Shown: in pieces, positions 32,896-43,451 of the stretch
Position numbering within the stretch: position 1 is the first letter of the stretch
Layout of the letters: each line of letters begins with the position of its first letter
From: Thiomicrospira sp.
GTDB lineage: Bacteria; Pseudomonadota; Gammaproteobacteria; Thiomicrospirales; Thiomicrospiraceae
Length of the DNA: 64,000 nt
Assembly (NCBI RefSeq): GCF_036568485.1
Contig: NZ_DATCSL010000089.1
Location: forward strand, 30,367-94,366
Direction: 5' to 3'
The notes under the pieces: generated by a model
What the model saw: only the letters and a program-made list of their open reading frames with translations
Told to the model about the DNA's origin: nothing
Database searches by the model: none
Position numbers and translations under genes: made by a program

Positions 32896-33753
32896 TTAGT
32901 TGGATGACCGATTAAAGTGCTTAAAGAAATCGGTACTCGGATCTAATACAATCATATCCGACTTATTCGAAAACGATTCTTGGTAAGCATTTAAACTTTG
33001 ATAAAACGAGAAAAACTCTTTATCCGCGCCATAGGCTTTAGAATAAATTTGAGCGGCCAGTCCATCACCCTCGCCTCGTGTTTGCTCCGCTTCACGATAC
33101 GCCTCAGCGATGGTCACGGTGCGCTGTCTATCAGCGTCAGCGCGTAAACGTTCCGCCGCTTCCGCACCTAAAGATCGAAGGTCCGCAGCAACACGATTAC
33201 GTTCAGCTTCCATACGACGATAAACCGAATCACTGATATCACGTGGCAAATCGATGCGTTTAATTCGAACATCAACAATATCGATCCCAAACTGAGCCGC
33301 TTCAACATTCGCTAATCGGGTAATGTTTTCAGCCACTTCAACACGATCGCCTGACACAACTTGCTGCACTGTACGGCTACCAAACTGGGCTCTTAAACCA
33401 TCTTTTACAATTTGTGACAAACGCTGGTTGGCCAAAGTGAAATCGCCGCCCATTGCCGTATAGAAACGCTCTACATTCGACACGCGCCACTTAACATAAG
33501 AATCCACCTCTAGGTTTTTCAACTCGCCGGTTAAATAACGTTCTGGCTGTGAATCCATAGTTTGAATACGTCGGTCAAAAGTACGCACATTGTTGATAAA
33601 TGGCGTCTTTAGATGCAAACCTGGCTCAAGATCGGATTTCACAATCTCACCTAAACGAAAAACTACACCCGTTTCCCATTGGTTAACTACAAACAAAGCA
33701 TTGCTGCCGATAAACAATACCGCAGCGATAAATAAACCGATAATCGCTTTCAT
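32896..33753 (-). CDS. hflC: FtsH protease modulator HflC
   Basis: 285 aa with an N-terminal TM helix and an SPFH domain. It follows hflK. Confidence 0.93.
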   Translation of the reverse strand: MKAIIGLFIAAVLFIGSNALFVVNQWETGVVFRLGEIVKSDLEPGLHLKTPFINNVRTFDRRIQTMDSQPERYLTGELKNLEVDSYVKWRVSNVERFYTAMGGDFTLANQRLSQIVKDGLRAQFGSRTVQQVVSGDRVEVAENITRLANVEAAQFGIDIVDVRIKRIDLPRDISDSVYRRMEAERNRVAADLRSLGAEAAERLRADADRQRTVTIAEAYREAEQTRGEGDGLAAQIYSKAYGADKEFFSFYQSLNAYQESFSNKSDMIVLDPSTDFFKHFNRSSN

Positions 33754-33754
33754 A

Positions 33755-34999
33755 TTAACGTAACTCCCTTTGTCTTAGGTAATCGCGAATGTTCGTTTCC
33801 GATTTCGCTTGATTTGCAGGAGTGCTAGTACCTTGTGAAGTATTTGAGTTATTACTGGTGCTTTGTCCACTAATCGGTGAAAAAGGCAAAGTTGGCTGAC
33901 TTGAACTGCTACCTGACCCCATCATTTTATCCAATGGCAAATACATAATATTGTTTGAGCCCTCAGCCCCCATCAATACTTTACTTGTATTAGACAATAC
34001 GGCTGACATCGCATCTAAGTACAAACGTTCACGCATAATTTCAGGCGATTTTTTGTACTCAGTCACAACGCTGGTAAAGCGATCAGCCTGACCTTCTGCA
34101 CGTGACACAACTTGATCGCGATAAGCACGTGCTTCTTCAACAATACGCGCTGCTTGACCACGTGCTTCAGGTAAAATTCTATTAGCATAAGCTTCCGCCT
34201 CGTTGATTAAACGTTCGCGGTCTTCTCGCGCCTTAACCACGTCCGCAAAGGCTGACTGAACTTGCTCAGGAGGCTGAGCATCCTGTAAATTCACACTGGT
34301 AATGAATAAACCCGTTTGGTAATCATCCAGGTTTTTCTGTGTTAATTCTTGCACTTGTGCCACAACTTCGTCACGACCTTGGGTCAATACAAAGTCCATG
34401 CTATTTTTACCGACAATTTCACGAATGGCGCTTTCAGAGGAGGCACGAAGTGATTCATCTGGATCTTTCACATTGAATAAGTAGTCCGATGCTGATTGCA
34501 CGCGATATTGAACCGCGATACGAATATCCACAATATTTTCGTCACGCGTTAACATTAAAGATTCAGCTAACACACTACCAGAACGATTTTGTGCATCAGA
34601 ACGATAACCAATTTCAGTGGTACGAATACGGTCAACGTTTACCTTAGTAACCGATTCTATTGGATAGGGAATATGCCAATGTGGGCCAGGACCGGTTTCA
34701 GTCACTAACGCGCCAAAGCGCGTAACCACACCACGCTCTGCCGTATCGACAATATAAATACCCGACAATAACCAAACGACCAGAATAATTAAGAAAATGG
34801 CGCCACCACCGATACCGCCGATACCACCATTAAACTTATTTCCGGCACCACCAAACATCTGTTGGGCTTTTTTCAACAACTCATCAATGTCTTGATCTGA
34901 GCGTTTTCTTGGCTCTTTTGGCTCATCTTTCTTGCCAGAGCTACCGCCAGAGTTACCCCAGGGATCTTGTCCTGGTTTTCCTGGTTCATTCCAAGCCAT
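33755..34999 (-). CDS. hflK: FtsH protease modulator HflK
   Basis: MAWNEPGKPGQDPWG… matches the E. coli HflK N-terminus. GGAGAAGGA lies just upstream of the ATG at 34999. An SPFH domain is present. Confidence 0.93.
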   Translation of the reverse strand: MAWNEPGKPGQDPWGNSGGSSGKKDEPKEPRKRSDQDIDELLKKAQQMFGGAGNKFNGGIGGIGGGAIFLIILVVWLLSGIYIVDTAERGVVTRFGALVTETGPGPHWHIPYPIESVTKVNVDRIRTTEIGYRSDAQNRSGSVLAESLMLTRDENIVDIRIAVQYRVQSASDYLFNVKDPDESLRASSESAIREIVGKNSMDFVLTQGRDEVVAQVQELTQKNLDDYQTGLFITSVNLQDAQPPEQVQSAFADVVKAREDRERLINEAEAYANRILPEARGQAARIVEEARAYRDQVVSRAEGQADRFTSVVTEYKKSPEIMRERLYLDAMSAVLSNTSKVLMGAEGSNNIMYLPLDKMMGSGSSSSQPTLPFSPISGQSTSNNSNTSQGTSTPANQAKSETNIRDYLRQRELR

Positions 35000-35089
35000 A
35001 TCCTTCTCCAAAATTTTAAGGTTGTACTATTTTAGGGTGTTGGTTGCAAATTGTCATCCCTATTAATTAACTTTATAGCTGTTTATGAA

Positions 35090-36400
35090 TTATTGATCCA
35101 AATCCAGTAGATTGGCGCCTAATAATTCTGGCCAACTTTGTACTTTTTGCCATTGCTGTTTGGTTAAGTTCATCGTGATCAATGCATCACCATGTTCATT
35201 AAACGTTTCTGCATCAACTTTACCAAGTTCATGTAGCTGGGCACGCCGTTGCCCCGCATGTGGTGGCAACACAACCTGAGCTTTAACAAATTCGCCCTTA
35301 AAAAAGGCGGCCAAGGCATCATTTAATAAATCAATTCCTTGATTATTTTTTGCCGATAGCCAAACTCGCTCAGGTAAGCCTTCATCATTAAAGTCAGTAT
35401 GTGGTTCAACAACAGGTTCTAAGCGGTCAATTTTATTAAACACCAATAAAATAGGTACGTCTTCAGCCCCCACTTCAGCCACCACTTTATTTACCTCGTG
35501 AATTTTCTCTTCACGTAATGGATCACTCGCATCCACTAAATGAATCAGTAAACTGGCCTCACTGGTTTCTTCTAATGTGGAGCGGAAAGCCACAACTAAA
35601 TCATGTGGTATGTGGCGAATAAAACCAACCGTGTCGGCCAAAATCACGCCGCCCGCGCCTGGCAGATGCACTTTTCGCAAGGTCGCATCTAATGTCGCAA
35701 ACAATCGATCTTCAGCGTAAACATCCGCTGTGGTCATTTGGTTAAATAAGGTGGATTTTCCAGCATTGGTGTAGCCCACAATGGTAATCGTCGGCACTTC
35801 CGACTTTTTGCGGGTGCGTCGTCCGAGTGCACGCTGCTGGCGTACTTTATCAATTCGCTTTAAAAGAAACTTTATACGCTCTTGCAGTAGGCGGCGATCG
35901 GATTCGAGCTGGGTTTCACCCGGCCCTCTTAAGCCTATCCCACCTTTTTGACGTTCAAGATGCGACCAACCCCGAACTAAGCGTGTTGACATGTGTCGTA
36001 GCTGCGCAAGTTCGACCTGAAGCTTACCTTCATGAGAGCGCGCACGCTGGGCAAAAATATCCAAAATCAAACCAACTCGGTCCAATACGCGACATTCGAT
36101 TAATCTTTCTAAATTACGCTCTTGAGCAGGCGTTAAGGCATGATTAAAAATAACCACATCCGCTTCATGCAGCTTGACCGCATCAGCGATTTCTTGTGCT
36201 TTGCCCGATCCAACAAAATATTTTGAATCCGGCGATGTGCGTTTAGTGGTTAAGACCTGAGTGATTTCTGCGCCGGCTGAATCAACCAATTCAAAAAATT
36301 CATCTAAGTCTTCTCTGTTTACTTCATCTTCAAAATCAACGTGCACTAAGACAGCACGATCAATTTCTTTGCGTTCTAAGCGACCAAAAATTTCCATCAA
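35090..36400 (-). CDS. hflX: ribosome-rescue GTPase HflX
   Basis: 436 aa with G1 GYTNAGKST and G3 DTVGF. Confidence 0.95.
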   Translation of the reverse strand: MMEIFGRLERKEIDRAVLVHVDFEDEVNREDLDEFFELVDSAGAEITQVLTTKRTSPDSKYFVGSGKAQEIADAVKLHEADVVIFNHALTPAQERNLERLIECRVLDRVGLILDIFAQRARSHEGKLQVELAQLRHMSTRLVRGWSHLERQKGGIGLRGPGETQLESDRRLLQERIKFLLKRIDKVRQQRALGRRTRKKSEVPTITIVGYTNAGKSTLFNQMTTADVYAEDRLFATLDATLRKVHLPGAGGVILADTVGFIRHIPHDLVVAFRSTLEETSEASLLIHLVDASDPLREEKIHEVNKVVAEVGAEDVPILLVFNKIDRLEPVVEPHTDFNDEGLPERVWLSAKNNQGIDLLNDALAAFFKGEFVKAQVVLPPHAGQRRAQLHELGKVDAETFNEHGDALITMNLTKQQWQKVQSWPELLGANLLDLDQ

Positions 36401-36408
36401 AGTGGCGC

Positions 36409-36684
36409 TTACTCCTCTGTTTCAGCTTTATCTGCGCCGGTCCCATCGCCAAACTCATAGGCTTTAGGATCACGCATTGGCACAATAGTCGAAATAGCAT
36501 GCTTGTATACCATTTGCGTTACATTACTACGCAACAACACCACAAACTGATCAAACGAATCGACACGCCCTTGTAATTTAACGCCATTTACCAAGTAAAT
36601 CGACACGCTAATACGCTCTTTTCTTAGGGCATTTAAATAGGGATCTTGTATCGGTAGCGCTTTGGTCGGTTTTGCTTTTTCCAT
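36409..36684 (-). CDS. hfq: RNA chaperone Hfq
   Basis: Sm1/Sm2 motifs ([28 protein letters not shown]…[10 protein letters not shown]). Confidence 0.98.
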   Translation of the reverse strand: MEKAKPTKALPIQDPYLNALRKERISVSIYLVNGVKLQGRVDSFDQFVVLLRSNVTQMVYKHAISTIVPMRDPKAYEFGDGTGADKAETEE

Positions 36685-36754
36685 TCTTATTTCCTTATTA
36701 TTTTAATGGTATTTTCCAGCTTAAATATTTTCAAAGGATAACATAGGCAAAACC

Positions 36755-37729
36755 TTATAGGTTAGTATTTTTCTGCAAATATAATCCAACCAATTTTGCC
36801 TGCTGCTCGGTCGATAATTCAAATGGATCCAGTGTTAATAAGCCCTGCTCTTTACGCAACCAGGTAAGTTGGCGCTTAGCCAATTGGCGGGTGGCAATCA
36901 ATGCTTTTTGTTCGAAAGTCGTTTGATCGTATTCAGCATTTAGATAACACCAGGCCTGGCGGTATCCCACACTGCGAATTGAGGGTAAGTCTGCGTGTAA
37001 ATCTGGCCGAGCAAATAAGTTTCTCACTTCATCTAGAAACCCCTGCTGATACATAGCTTCAAGCCGGAGCTGAATTTGCAAATGTAAGCGTTCGCGCGAG
37101 GCTGGAATCAAACCGACTTTTAATAAATTTACATTCCAGTTCACACTTGCTTGCTGGGCTTGCAAACGACTCAAAGGCTCGCCCGTAATTTCGTAAACTT
37201 CGAGGGCACGAATCAAACGCTGCGGATCATTGTAATGAATACGTTCGGCGGCCTGTGGATCGCAGTTTTTTAATTGTTGATGCAGTGCTTGAGGATCTTG
37301 TTCATATTGCTGTTGTAGCCTCACACGAATGCCCGGATCGGCACTTGGCAAATCCGCCATGCCTTGCTGTAAGGCATGGAAATACATCATGGTTCCCCCA
37401 ACTAAAACTGGTAAACGACCCCGTTCTAGAATCTCAGAGACCAATCGCTTGGCATCCGTTACAAAATCGGCAGCCGAATAACTTTGCGTCGGGTCAATCA
37501 AATCTATTAAATGGTGCGGTACTTGTTGTCGCTCAGCATGGCTGGGCTTGGCAGTACCAATATCCATGCCTTTATAAATGAGCGCTGAGTCGACACTGAT
37601 AATTTCAATTGGCCACTGTTGGGCTAGCCTTAAAGCCAATGAGGTTTTGCCACTCGCAGTCGGACCCATAATTGCCAATACAGTTTTATGTTGCACCAGC
37701 TTTTCAATGTTTACATCCGCATCGGTCAT
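36755..37729 (-). CDS. miaA: tRNA dimethylallyltransferase
   Basis: P-loop GPTASGKT. The ATG at 37729 overlaps the mutL stop by 1 nt (TAATG). The longer ORF reaching 37783 would run into mutL. Confidence 0.93.
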   Translation of the reverse strand: MTDADVNIEKLVQHKTVLAIMGPTASGKTSLALRLAQQWPIEIISVDSALIYKGMDIGTAKPSHAERQQVPHHLIDLIDPTQSYSAADFVTDAKRLVSEILERGRLPVLVGGTMMYFHALQQGMADLPSADPGIRVRLQQQYEQDPQALHQQLKNCDPQAAERIHYNDPQRLIRALEVYEITGEPLSRLQAQQASVNWNVNLLKVGLIPASRERLHLQIQLRLEAMYQQGFLDEVRNLFARPDLHADLPSIRSVGYRQAWCYLNAEYDQTTFEQKALIATRQLAKRQLTWLRKEQGLLTLDPFELSTEQQAKLVGLYLQKNTNL

Positions 37730-39567
37730 TATTGGCCTCTCATAAATAAGGCGTCCAATTGTTTCATGGATAGCTGCACCCAAGTCGGACGCCCGTGGTT
37801 ACATTGAGAGGAGGCTGGGGTGGCTTCCATGTCTCGTAACAACTGGTTCATTTCAGCCACAGTTAACGGACGGTTCGCCCTTACCGATCCATGACAAGCC
37901 ATGGTAGATAATAAACTATTTATATATTCATCAATCCGCTGGGAGTCACCCTCTGCGGCGCTATCTGATAAGACATCTTGCACCAGCTGCTCAATAGAGG
38001 CTTTTGCAAGAATCGAAGGAACGGCGGTCACTTTAAGCTGCTGCGGCCCCAAGGCCTCAAACTCAAACCCAAGCTGCGACCACCAGGCCTGGTGGTTCTC
38101 CCAAGCCAGCATATGAGACACATCTAAGGTTATAACCATCGGCACCAACAAAGGTTGGGAAATCAAACGTTGCGTTTGCCATTGTTGTTTCATACGCTCA
38201 TACACAATGCGTTCGTGAGCGGCGTGCATATCCACCAAAATCAATCCTTGCGCATTCTCCGCCAAAATAAACACGCCATGCAATTGCATTTTGGCAAAGC
38301 CCAACGGCGGCATCGGACCCTCACTTGAAATAATGGGGTCGACTTGATTGGGCGTCTGATCTTGGTAAAAACCTGCGCCCTCTTCTATGCCTTCAACGCT
38401 TGGCTTTTGAAAATCAAAATAGGCTTGGTTATTTAGAGCAGACAAGGGCGAATTATGTTGCACCGAAAAAGCAGCAGGCCTGGTGTTTTCAACTCCAGTT
38501 TGAGAATCTGCTTGAGCCATGTCGGCTTGTGTCAAAGGTTGACGTACTGCTTCTTTAACTGAGCGGCGAATAAAGTCATACACCCAGCGACCGTTGGCAA
38601 AACGCACTTCATATTTTGCCGGATGCACATTCACATCCACCTGATCAACTGGAATCTCTAAAAACAACACATAAACCGGATGACGGCCGTTATAAAGCAC
38701 ATCTGCATAAGCTTGTTTAAGGGCATGAAACAACAAACGGTCACGCACAATGCGACCATTTACAAACACATATTGCATATCGGTTTGTGCCCGATTAAAG
38801 GTCGGCAAGCCCACCCAACCACGTAAAGTTAAGTCTTGCGCGTCATAATGAATATGCATAGATTGATCGACAAACGCTTCACCCATAAGTTTGGCTAAAC
38901 GACGTGCTTGATCTGCAGGTGTTTTAGCCGCCTCCACATGTCGCACCACTTTGTGGTTATGAATCAATTTAAAACTCACATCCATTCGGCTTAACATCGC
39001 ACGTTTGACAAACTCATCAATATGGCCAAATTCAGTGCGAGCGACACGTAAAAACTTTTTGCGTGCCGGGGTATTAAAAAATAGATCATCGACTTTAACC
39101 CGAGTTCCAAATTTGCCTGCAATGGGTTCAGGATCTGGCCAGATTGCGCCACCATCCGACTTTAAACGCCAAGCGTTGGATTCAGCGGCTGGTCGGCTCA
39201 CAATTTCAAAACGCGAAACCGAACTAATACTCGCTAAGGCCTCGCCACGAAAGCCTAAAGTAGCGACTTGAGTCAAGTCTTCATAAGTGGCAATTTTACT
39301 AGTTGCATGTCGACTGACCGCCAAAAAAAGTTCGTCTTTTGCGATGCCACGACCATTATCAATCACCTGAATGGATTTTTCGCCGCCCTCTTCAATCGAA
39401 ACTTCGATTTCAGTCGCACCAGAATCCAATGCATTTTCTAATAACTCTTTAACCACCGAAACAGGGCGCTCCACCACTTCGCCAGCCGCAATTTGATTGG
39501 CTAGAGCCTCGGATAAAGCTTTTATTTTTGCTGTTGAGCTTTGTGCGCTCAGGGCCAATTCAGTCAC
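37729..39567 (-). CDS. mutL: DNA mismatch repair endonuclease MutL
   Basis: 612 aa with a GHKL ATPase N-terminus (ANQIAAGEVVERP, DNG.GI) and a MutL C-terminal dimerisation domain. Confidence 0.96.
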   Translation of the reverse strand: MTELALSAQSSTAKIKALSEALANQIAAGEVVERPVSVVKELLENALDSGATEIEVSIEEGGEKSIQVIDNGRGIAKDELFLAVSRHATSKIATYEDLTQVATLGFRGEALASISSVSRFEIVSRPAAESNAWRLKSDGGAIWPDPEPIAGKFGTRVKVDDLFFNTPARKKFLRVARTEFGHIDEFVKRAMLSRMDVSFKLIHNHKVVRHVEAAKTPADQARRLAKLMGEAFVDQSMHIHYDAQDLTLRGWVGLPTFNRAQTDMQYVFVNGRIVRDRLLFHALKQAYADVLYNGRHPVYVLFLEIPVDQVDVNVHPAKYEVRFANGRWVYDFIRRSVKEAVRQPLTQADMAQADSQTGVENTRPAAFSVQHNSPLSALNNQAYFDFQKPSVEGIEEGAGFYQDQTPNQVDPIISSEGPMPPLGFAKMQLHGVFILAENAQGLILVDMHAAHERIVYERMKQQWQTQRLISQPLLVPMVITLDVSHMLAWENHQAWWSQLGFEFEALGPQQLKVTAVPSILAKASIEQLVQDVLSDSAAEGDSQRIDEYINSLLSTMACHGSVRANRPLTVAEMNQLLRDMEATPASSQCNHGRPTWVQLSMKQLDALFMRGQ

Positions 39568-39860
39568 ACGCTTGCCTTAAATTGATTTAGTTCTGGTACA
39601 AAAACTGCTAAATAGATTTTTTTAAATTCTAAACTCACGATCAAGGTTTATCTGTTTATGTTCTATCAAAAACACGCGCGACAAAACCGTGAAGAGCAAA
39701 CTATTTATTTGCAAATTCCACGACCATTTGTATTTAATGGTCAAATCTGCTGGACTAATCTCCAGCTAGATCAAATGGAACACTATTCTAACAAACATTC
39801 TTCACAGGATGAGCGCACTGAATCAACTAACTGGCTGCATTAAACCAAAGTGACAGACAT

Positions 39861-39886
39861 AAAAAAACCCTGACCAGCAGGGTTTT
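39861..39886 (-). terminator. rho-independent terminator after amiB
   Basis: On the minus strand, AAAACCCTG-CTGGT-CAGGGTTTT is followed by more T residues (seven in the full run). It lies 24 nt after the amiB stop. Confidence 0.8.
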
Positions 39887-39909
39887 GGAAAAGGATGAAC
39901 GTCATTATT

Positions 39910-41592
39910 TTAGTGGGCTGCAGCCAGCACACTTTCTCTAACAGGGACGGTTAGTTCTTTGCCGACATATAGCTGGTTTGCATTTTTAATCTTATTTACT
40001 CGCATCAACTCGTCGACATCCACTTTATGCGCCTGAGCAATTTGTGACAAGGTATCACCGCGTCTTACTGTGTACTTCAGATCATACTGAACAGTTAATT
40101 TATCCGTCACTGGTACTTTTAGTTTACGCCCAACATAAAGCTGATTAGCGTTACCAATGTTATTAATATTCATCAAGTCTCGTGAACCTACCCCATAAGC
40201 CTGCGCTATATCCGACAAGGTGTCACCGCGCTGGACCTCATAATTAACATATAGGGTTTCACCCCAACGTGGCGCATGACCGGTTTGATCAATAAACTTA
40301 TTTAAACCACGTGTAACCGCTTGAGCGAAAGTTTGATGAAAACGTGGATCTTGTAATTTTTTCTCTTCAATGGGATTGGAAATAAATGCCACTTCCAGCA
40401 ACATCGACGGCATATCAATCGACTTCAAAACGGCAAAATCTGCCGATTGAATCGCATGTTTATGTACTTTTACCGTACGCTGCATTTCAGACAAGACGGA
40501 TTGACCCAATTTACGACTCGCACGAATATTGGCTTCACGCGTTAAATCACTCAGTACAAACGCCACATCCTTATCGCGCCCCGCTAACTGCAACACACCG
40601 AGTGCGGCGTTCTCTTGTTTAGCCAAAGTGCGAGCCATCACACTACTGGCTCCAGTATTAGATAACACATAAACCGAGCCGCCTTTTGGCGCGGCAGAAG
40701 AATAGGCATCAGCATGTACTGAAATAAAAATATCGGCGTTTTTTTGCTTAGCAATATCCACACGTTCATGAAGCTGCAAATAAACATCGCTATCGCGCGT
40801 TAATACGGCTTTCATACCCGGTTGTGCATCAATGACTTTCTTTAAAGCTCTGGCTTGCGCGAGTACCACATCTTTTTCATAAGTTCCGGCCGGACCTATC
40901 GCTCCAACATCACGACCACCATGGCCAGGATCAATAGCCACAATAAATTGCTTGGTTTGCACAAAGTCACGGTTATTGTTTAATAAAGATTCGGTCGCCG
41001 AATTGGGCTGTACACGTTCATTGCTGACAGACTTAGTGCGAGCAACCACACTTGGCGTGGGTTTACGAGCTACTACTTTGTTCACTTCTTTAGGAGCAGA
41101 TTCTACGCGGGCAACTGGCTGAGGCTTTTCTTCTACCTGTGCAGAAGCTAGTTGGCTTGGTGAATCGACTTTTGCCAACATAGGCTCTGTCAGATCAATC
41201 ACTAAACGTTCAGGACGGGGCCCATTTTTGCCAAGCGTAAAATATTTATATTGATAGGCATCGCGCAAATCCAACACCACACGTGTTCTTTTTTCATTTG
41301 AAGAGATTCGCATCGACGCGACACGCTGATCTTGGAATCGCTGATTTTTAAAAGACACGGCATTGCGTGCATGATGGAAATCGACCACCACACGTTCTGG
41401 GTTGCTCAAGCGCATCACATCAAAGCTATCGTTATTTCTAATCTCAAACACGACTCGTGTCTGATCTGGTGTTTGACCTAACCGAATACCACTTAATTCC
41501 GTCGCTTTTGCAACCGTCAATTGACTGGTTAGCATTAAAAGCAACGCTAAAAAGAGGCGGCCGATATATCTGAGATTGCGCTCGTTGTTCAT
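39910..41592 (-). CDS. amiB: N-acetylmuramoyl-L-alanine amidase with AMIN domain and two LysM repeats
   Basis: Signal peptide from the ATG at 41592, an AMIN-like N-terminus, an Amidase_3 core (IDPGHGG…HADA) and two C-terminal LysM motifs (RGDTLSDIAQ and RGDTLSQIAQ). Confidence 0.9.
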   Translation of the reverse strand: MNNERNLRYIGRLFLALLLMLTSQLTVAKATELSGIRLGQTPDQTRVVFEIRNNDSFDVMRLSNPERVVVDFHHARNAVSFKNQRFQDQRVASMRISSNEKRTRVVLDLRDAYQYKYFTLGKNGPRPERLVIDLTEPMLAKVDSPSQLASAQVEEKPQPVARVESAPKEVNKVVARKPTPSVVARTKSVSNERVQPNSATESLLNNNRDFVQTKQFIVAIDPGHGGRDVGAIGPAGTYEKDVVLAQARALKKVIDAQPGMKAVLTRDSDVYLQLHERVDIAKQKNADIFISVHADAYSSAAPKGGSVYVLSNTGASSVMARTLAKQENAALGVLQLAGRDKDVAFVLSDLTREANIRASRKLGQSVLSEMQRTVKVHKHAIQSADFAVLKSIDMPSMLLEVAFISNPIEEKKLQDPRFHQTFAQAVTRGLNKFIDQTGHAPRWGETLYVNYEVQRGDTLSDIAQAYGVGSRDLMNINNIGNANQLYVGRKLKVPVTDKLTVQYDLKYTVRRGDTLSQIAQAHKVDVDELMRVNKIKNANQLYVGKELTVPVRESVLAAAH

Positions 41593-41747
41593 AATTATTG
41601 ACCATTGTTGAACTGCCTTGCGGCTATTGTAGAACATTTTTTTACAATTTTTCAAGCAATCACAACAACTTGTGAGCACTTTTTAAAAAACACTTCACAT
41701 TAAGTATATAACAATGACTGTTCAAAATTAACAAATAATCAACAAAT

Positions 41748-42242
41748 TCAAGCGTCTAATTTTGCCAACAAGGCTTCACCTCGTTCAGAACAAGCCTGCG
41801 CAATTACCTCACGCCCTTCGCCTAAGCGGTTCAAATTCAACACTAAATCCGCTTCAGGCAATACACCTTGACCTTTTGAGGGCCACTCCACAAGCGCAAT
41901 AAATGGAGCGACCAATAAATCACGAAGGCCAATATACTCAAGCTCTTCAGGCTCACAAAGTCGATATAAATCAAAATGATAAATCGTCAAATTCGGCGTC
42001 GAATAGCTTTCAACCAACGTATAAGTGGGGCTCTTAACTCGTTGTTCCGGTAAAAAACTTTGTATAAACGCGCGCGAAAATGAGGTTTTGCCTGCACCTA
42101 ACTCACCCTGTAAATACACCACCAGGCCTGGTGGTGCAGCTTCAAGCTCACCAGATAACTTGGCTAAGCTCTGAGCAAATAAAGCCGTCTGAGACTCATC
42201 TGCCAGATGTCGTTTTTTGCTAGAATAGGGTTTATGAATCAC
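41748..42242 (-). CDS. tsaE: tRNA t6A37 biosynthesis ATPase TsaE
   Basis: GELGAGKTSF P-loop and SPTYTLV…YHFDLYR, collinear with E. coli TsaE. The start is uncertain: there is no in-frame ATG, and the candidates are GTG 42242 and TTG 42257. Confidence 0.85.
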   Translation of the reverse strand: MIHKPYSSKKRHLADESQTALFAQSLAKLSGELEAAPPGLVVYLQGELGAGKTSFSRAFIQSFLPEQRVKSPTYTLVESYSTPNLTIYHFDLYRLCEPEELEYIGLRDLLVAPFIALVEWPSKGQGVLPEADLVLNLNRLGEGREVIAQACSERGEALLAKLDA

Positions 42243-43451
42243 ACACTTTCTCCACAAGACTTAAACCAACTGGCTGTAGCTATTAAAAATTGGGCTCAAG
42301 AGCTCGGTTTTGCTGACACAGGCATTACCCATACGGACCTCGCACAATTTGAGGCAGGCTATTTTAACTGGCTAGAGCAAAACTTTCACGGCGAAATGCA
42401 CTATATGCAAGCCCATGGCACCAAACGCACTCGCCCCACCGAATTAATTCCCGGCACGGCCAGCATTATCAGCTTACGCATGAATTATTTTGATTTAAAT
42501 GCTGCCCAAGCAACCGAACAGTTACATAAGGCCGATCAAGCATATATTTCGCGTTATGCGTTAGGGCGAGATTATCACAAAGTCATGCGCCAACGCCTTA
42601 AGCAACTGGTGAGCAAAATTCAACAGCAGATACCTGACTCATCACATCGAATTTTTGTCGACAGTGCCCCGGTATTAGAGCGCCCGATTGCGCAACAGGC
42701 AGGCTTGGGGTTTATAGGAAAAAATAGTTTAATCATTCACCCAAGAGCTGGTTCATGGTTCTTTTTAGCTGAAATTTACACGGACTTAAAACTGCCTGCC
42801 GACCCGCCATTTGAAAAGCAAGGATGTGGTCCCTGCACGGCGTGTATTCAAGAGTGCCCGACTCAAGCCATCTTAGATAATGGCGTAGTGGATGCACGAC
42901 GTTGTATTTCTTATTTAACCATCGAACACTCAAGTGCCATTCCACTCGCGCTACGCTCGGCTATTGGCAATCGTATTTATGGCTGTGATGACTGTCAATT
43001 GGTGTGCCCGTGGAATCATTTCACTCAACCTCAAACCGAACCAGATTTTAAACCTCGGCAGCAATTGGACCAGGTTTCTTTACTCGACCTGTTTGATTGG
43101 AGTGAGTCTGATTTTAACGACAATCTGACTGGCTCGCCAATTCGGCGAATTGGCTACGAACGCTGGATGCGAAACATTGCGGTAGCACTAGGCAATGGCT
43201 CGGCCGAACCGACGGTAAAACAAGCACTATTGAGCAAGCGAGGCAAAGTCAGCTCGATGGTAGATGAACATATTGATTGGGCGTTACAGCAACTGAATGC
43301 TAAAGGATCGAAAAACCGACAAGATCTACCTAATCTCCCTACCAAACCTTGGTTTGCACCGAAATATTATCTACCCAAGTTTAAGCCATCTGAGCGATTG
43401 CATTCACATCACGCACCGCTTCAAGATATAAATGACGATAATGCGAACTAA
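42234..43451 (+). CDS. queG: epoxyqueuosine reductase
   Basis: MNHTLSPQDLNQLAVAIKNWAQELGF aligns with the E. coli QueG N-terminus. Two 4Fe-4S motifs are present (CGPCTACIQECP and CDDCQLVCPWN). Confidence 0.9.
   Translation: MNHTLSPQDLNQLAVAIKNWAQELGFADTGITHTDLAQFEAGYFNWLEQNFHGEMHYMQAHGTKRTRPTELIPGTASIISLRMNYFDLNAAQATEQLHKADQAYISRYALGRDYHKVMRQRLKQLVSKIQQQIPDSSHRIFVDSAPVLERPIAQQAGLGFIGKNSLIIHPRAGSWFFLAEIYTDLKLPADPPFEKQGCGPCTACIQECPTQAILDNGVVDARRCISYLTIEHSSAIPLALRSAIGNRIYGCDDCQLVCPWNHFTQPQTEPDFKPRQQLDQVSLLDLFDWSESDFNDNLTGSPIRRIGYERWMRNIAVALGNGSAEPTVKQALLSKRGKVSSMVDEHIDWALQQLNAKGSKNRQDLPNLPTKPWFAPKYYLPKFKPSERLHSHHAPLQDINDDNAN

Noticed and set aside
39658-39843. A 61-aa ORF on the plus strand between mutL and amiB.
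   Set aside because: It has no SD sequence, an unremarkable composition and no recognisable family. It is kept only as a note within the spacer finding.
42207-42257. An apparent 51-nt divergent overlap of the tsaE and queG 5' ends.
   Set aside because: It is an artefact of longest-ORF calling. The queG N-terminus aligns with E. coli QueG from the ATG at 42234, and tsaE has only non-ATG start options (GTG 42242 or TTG 42257). The real overlap is small or absent.
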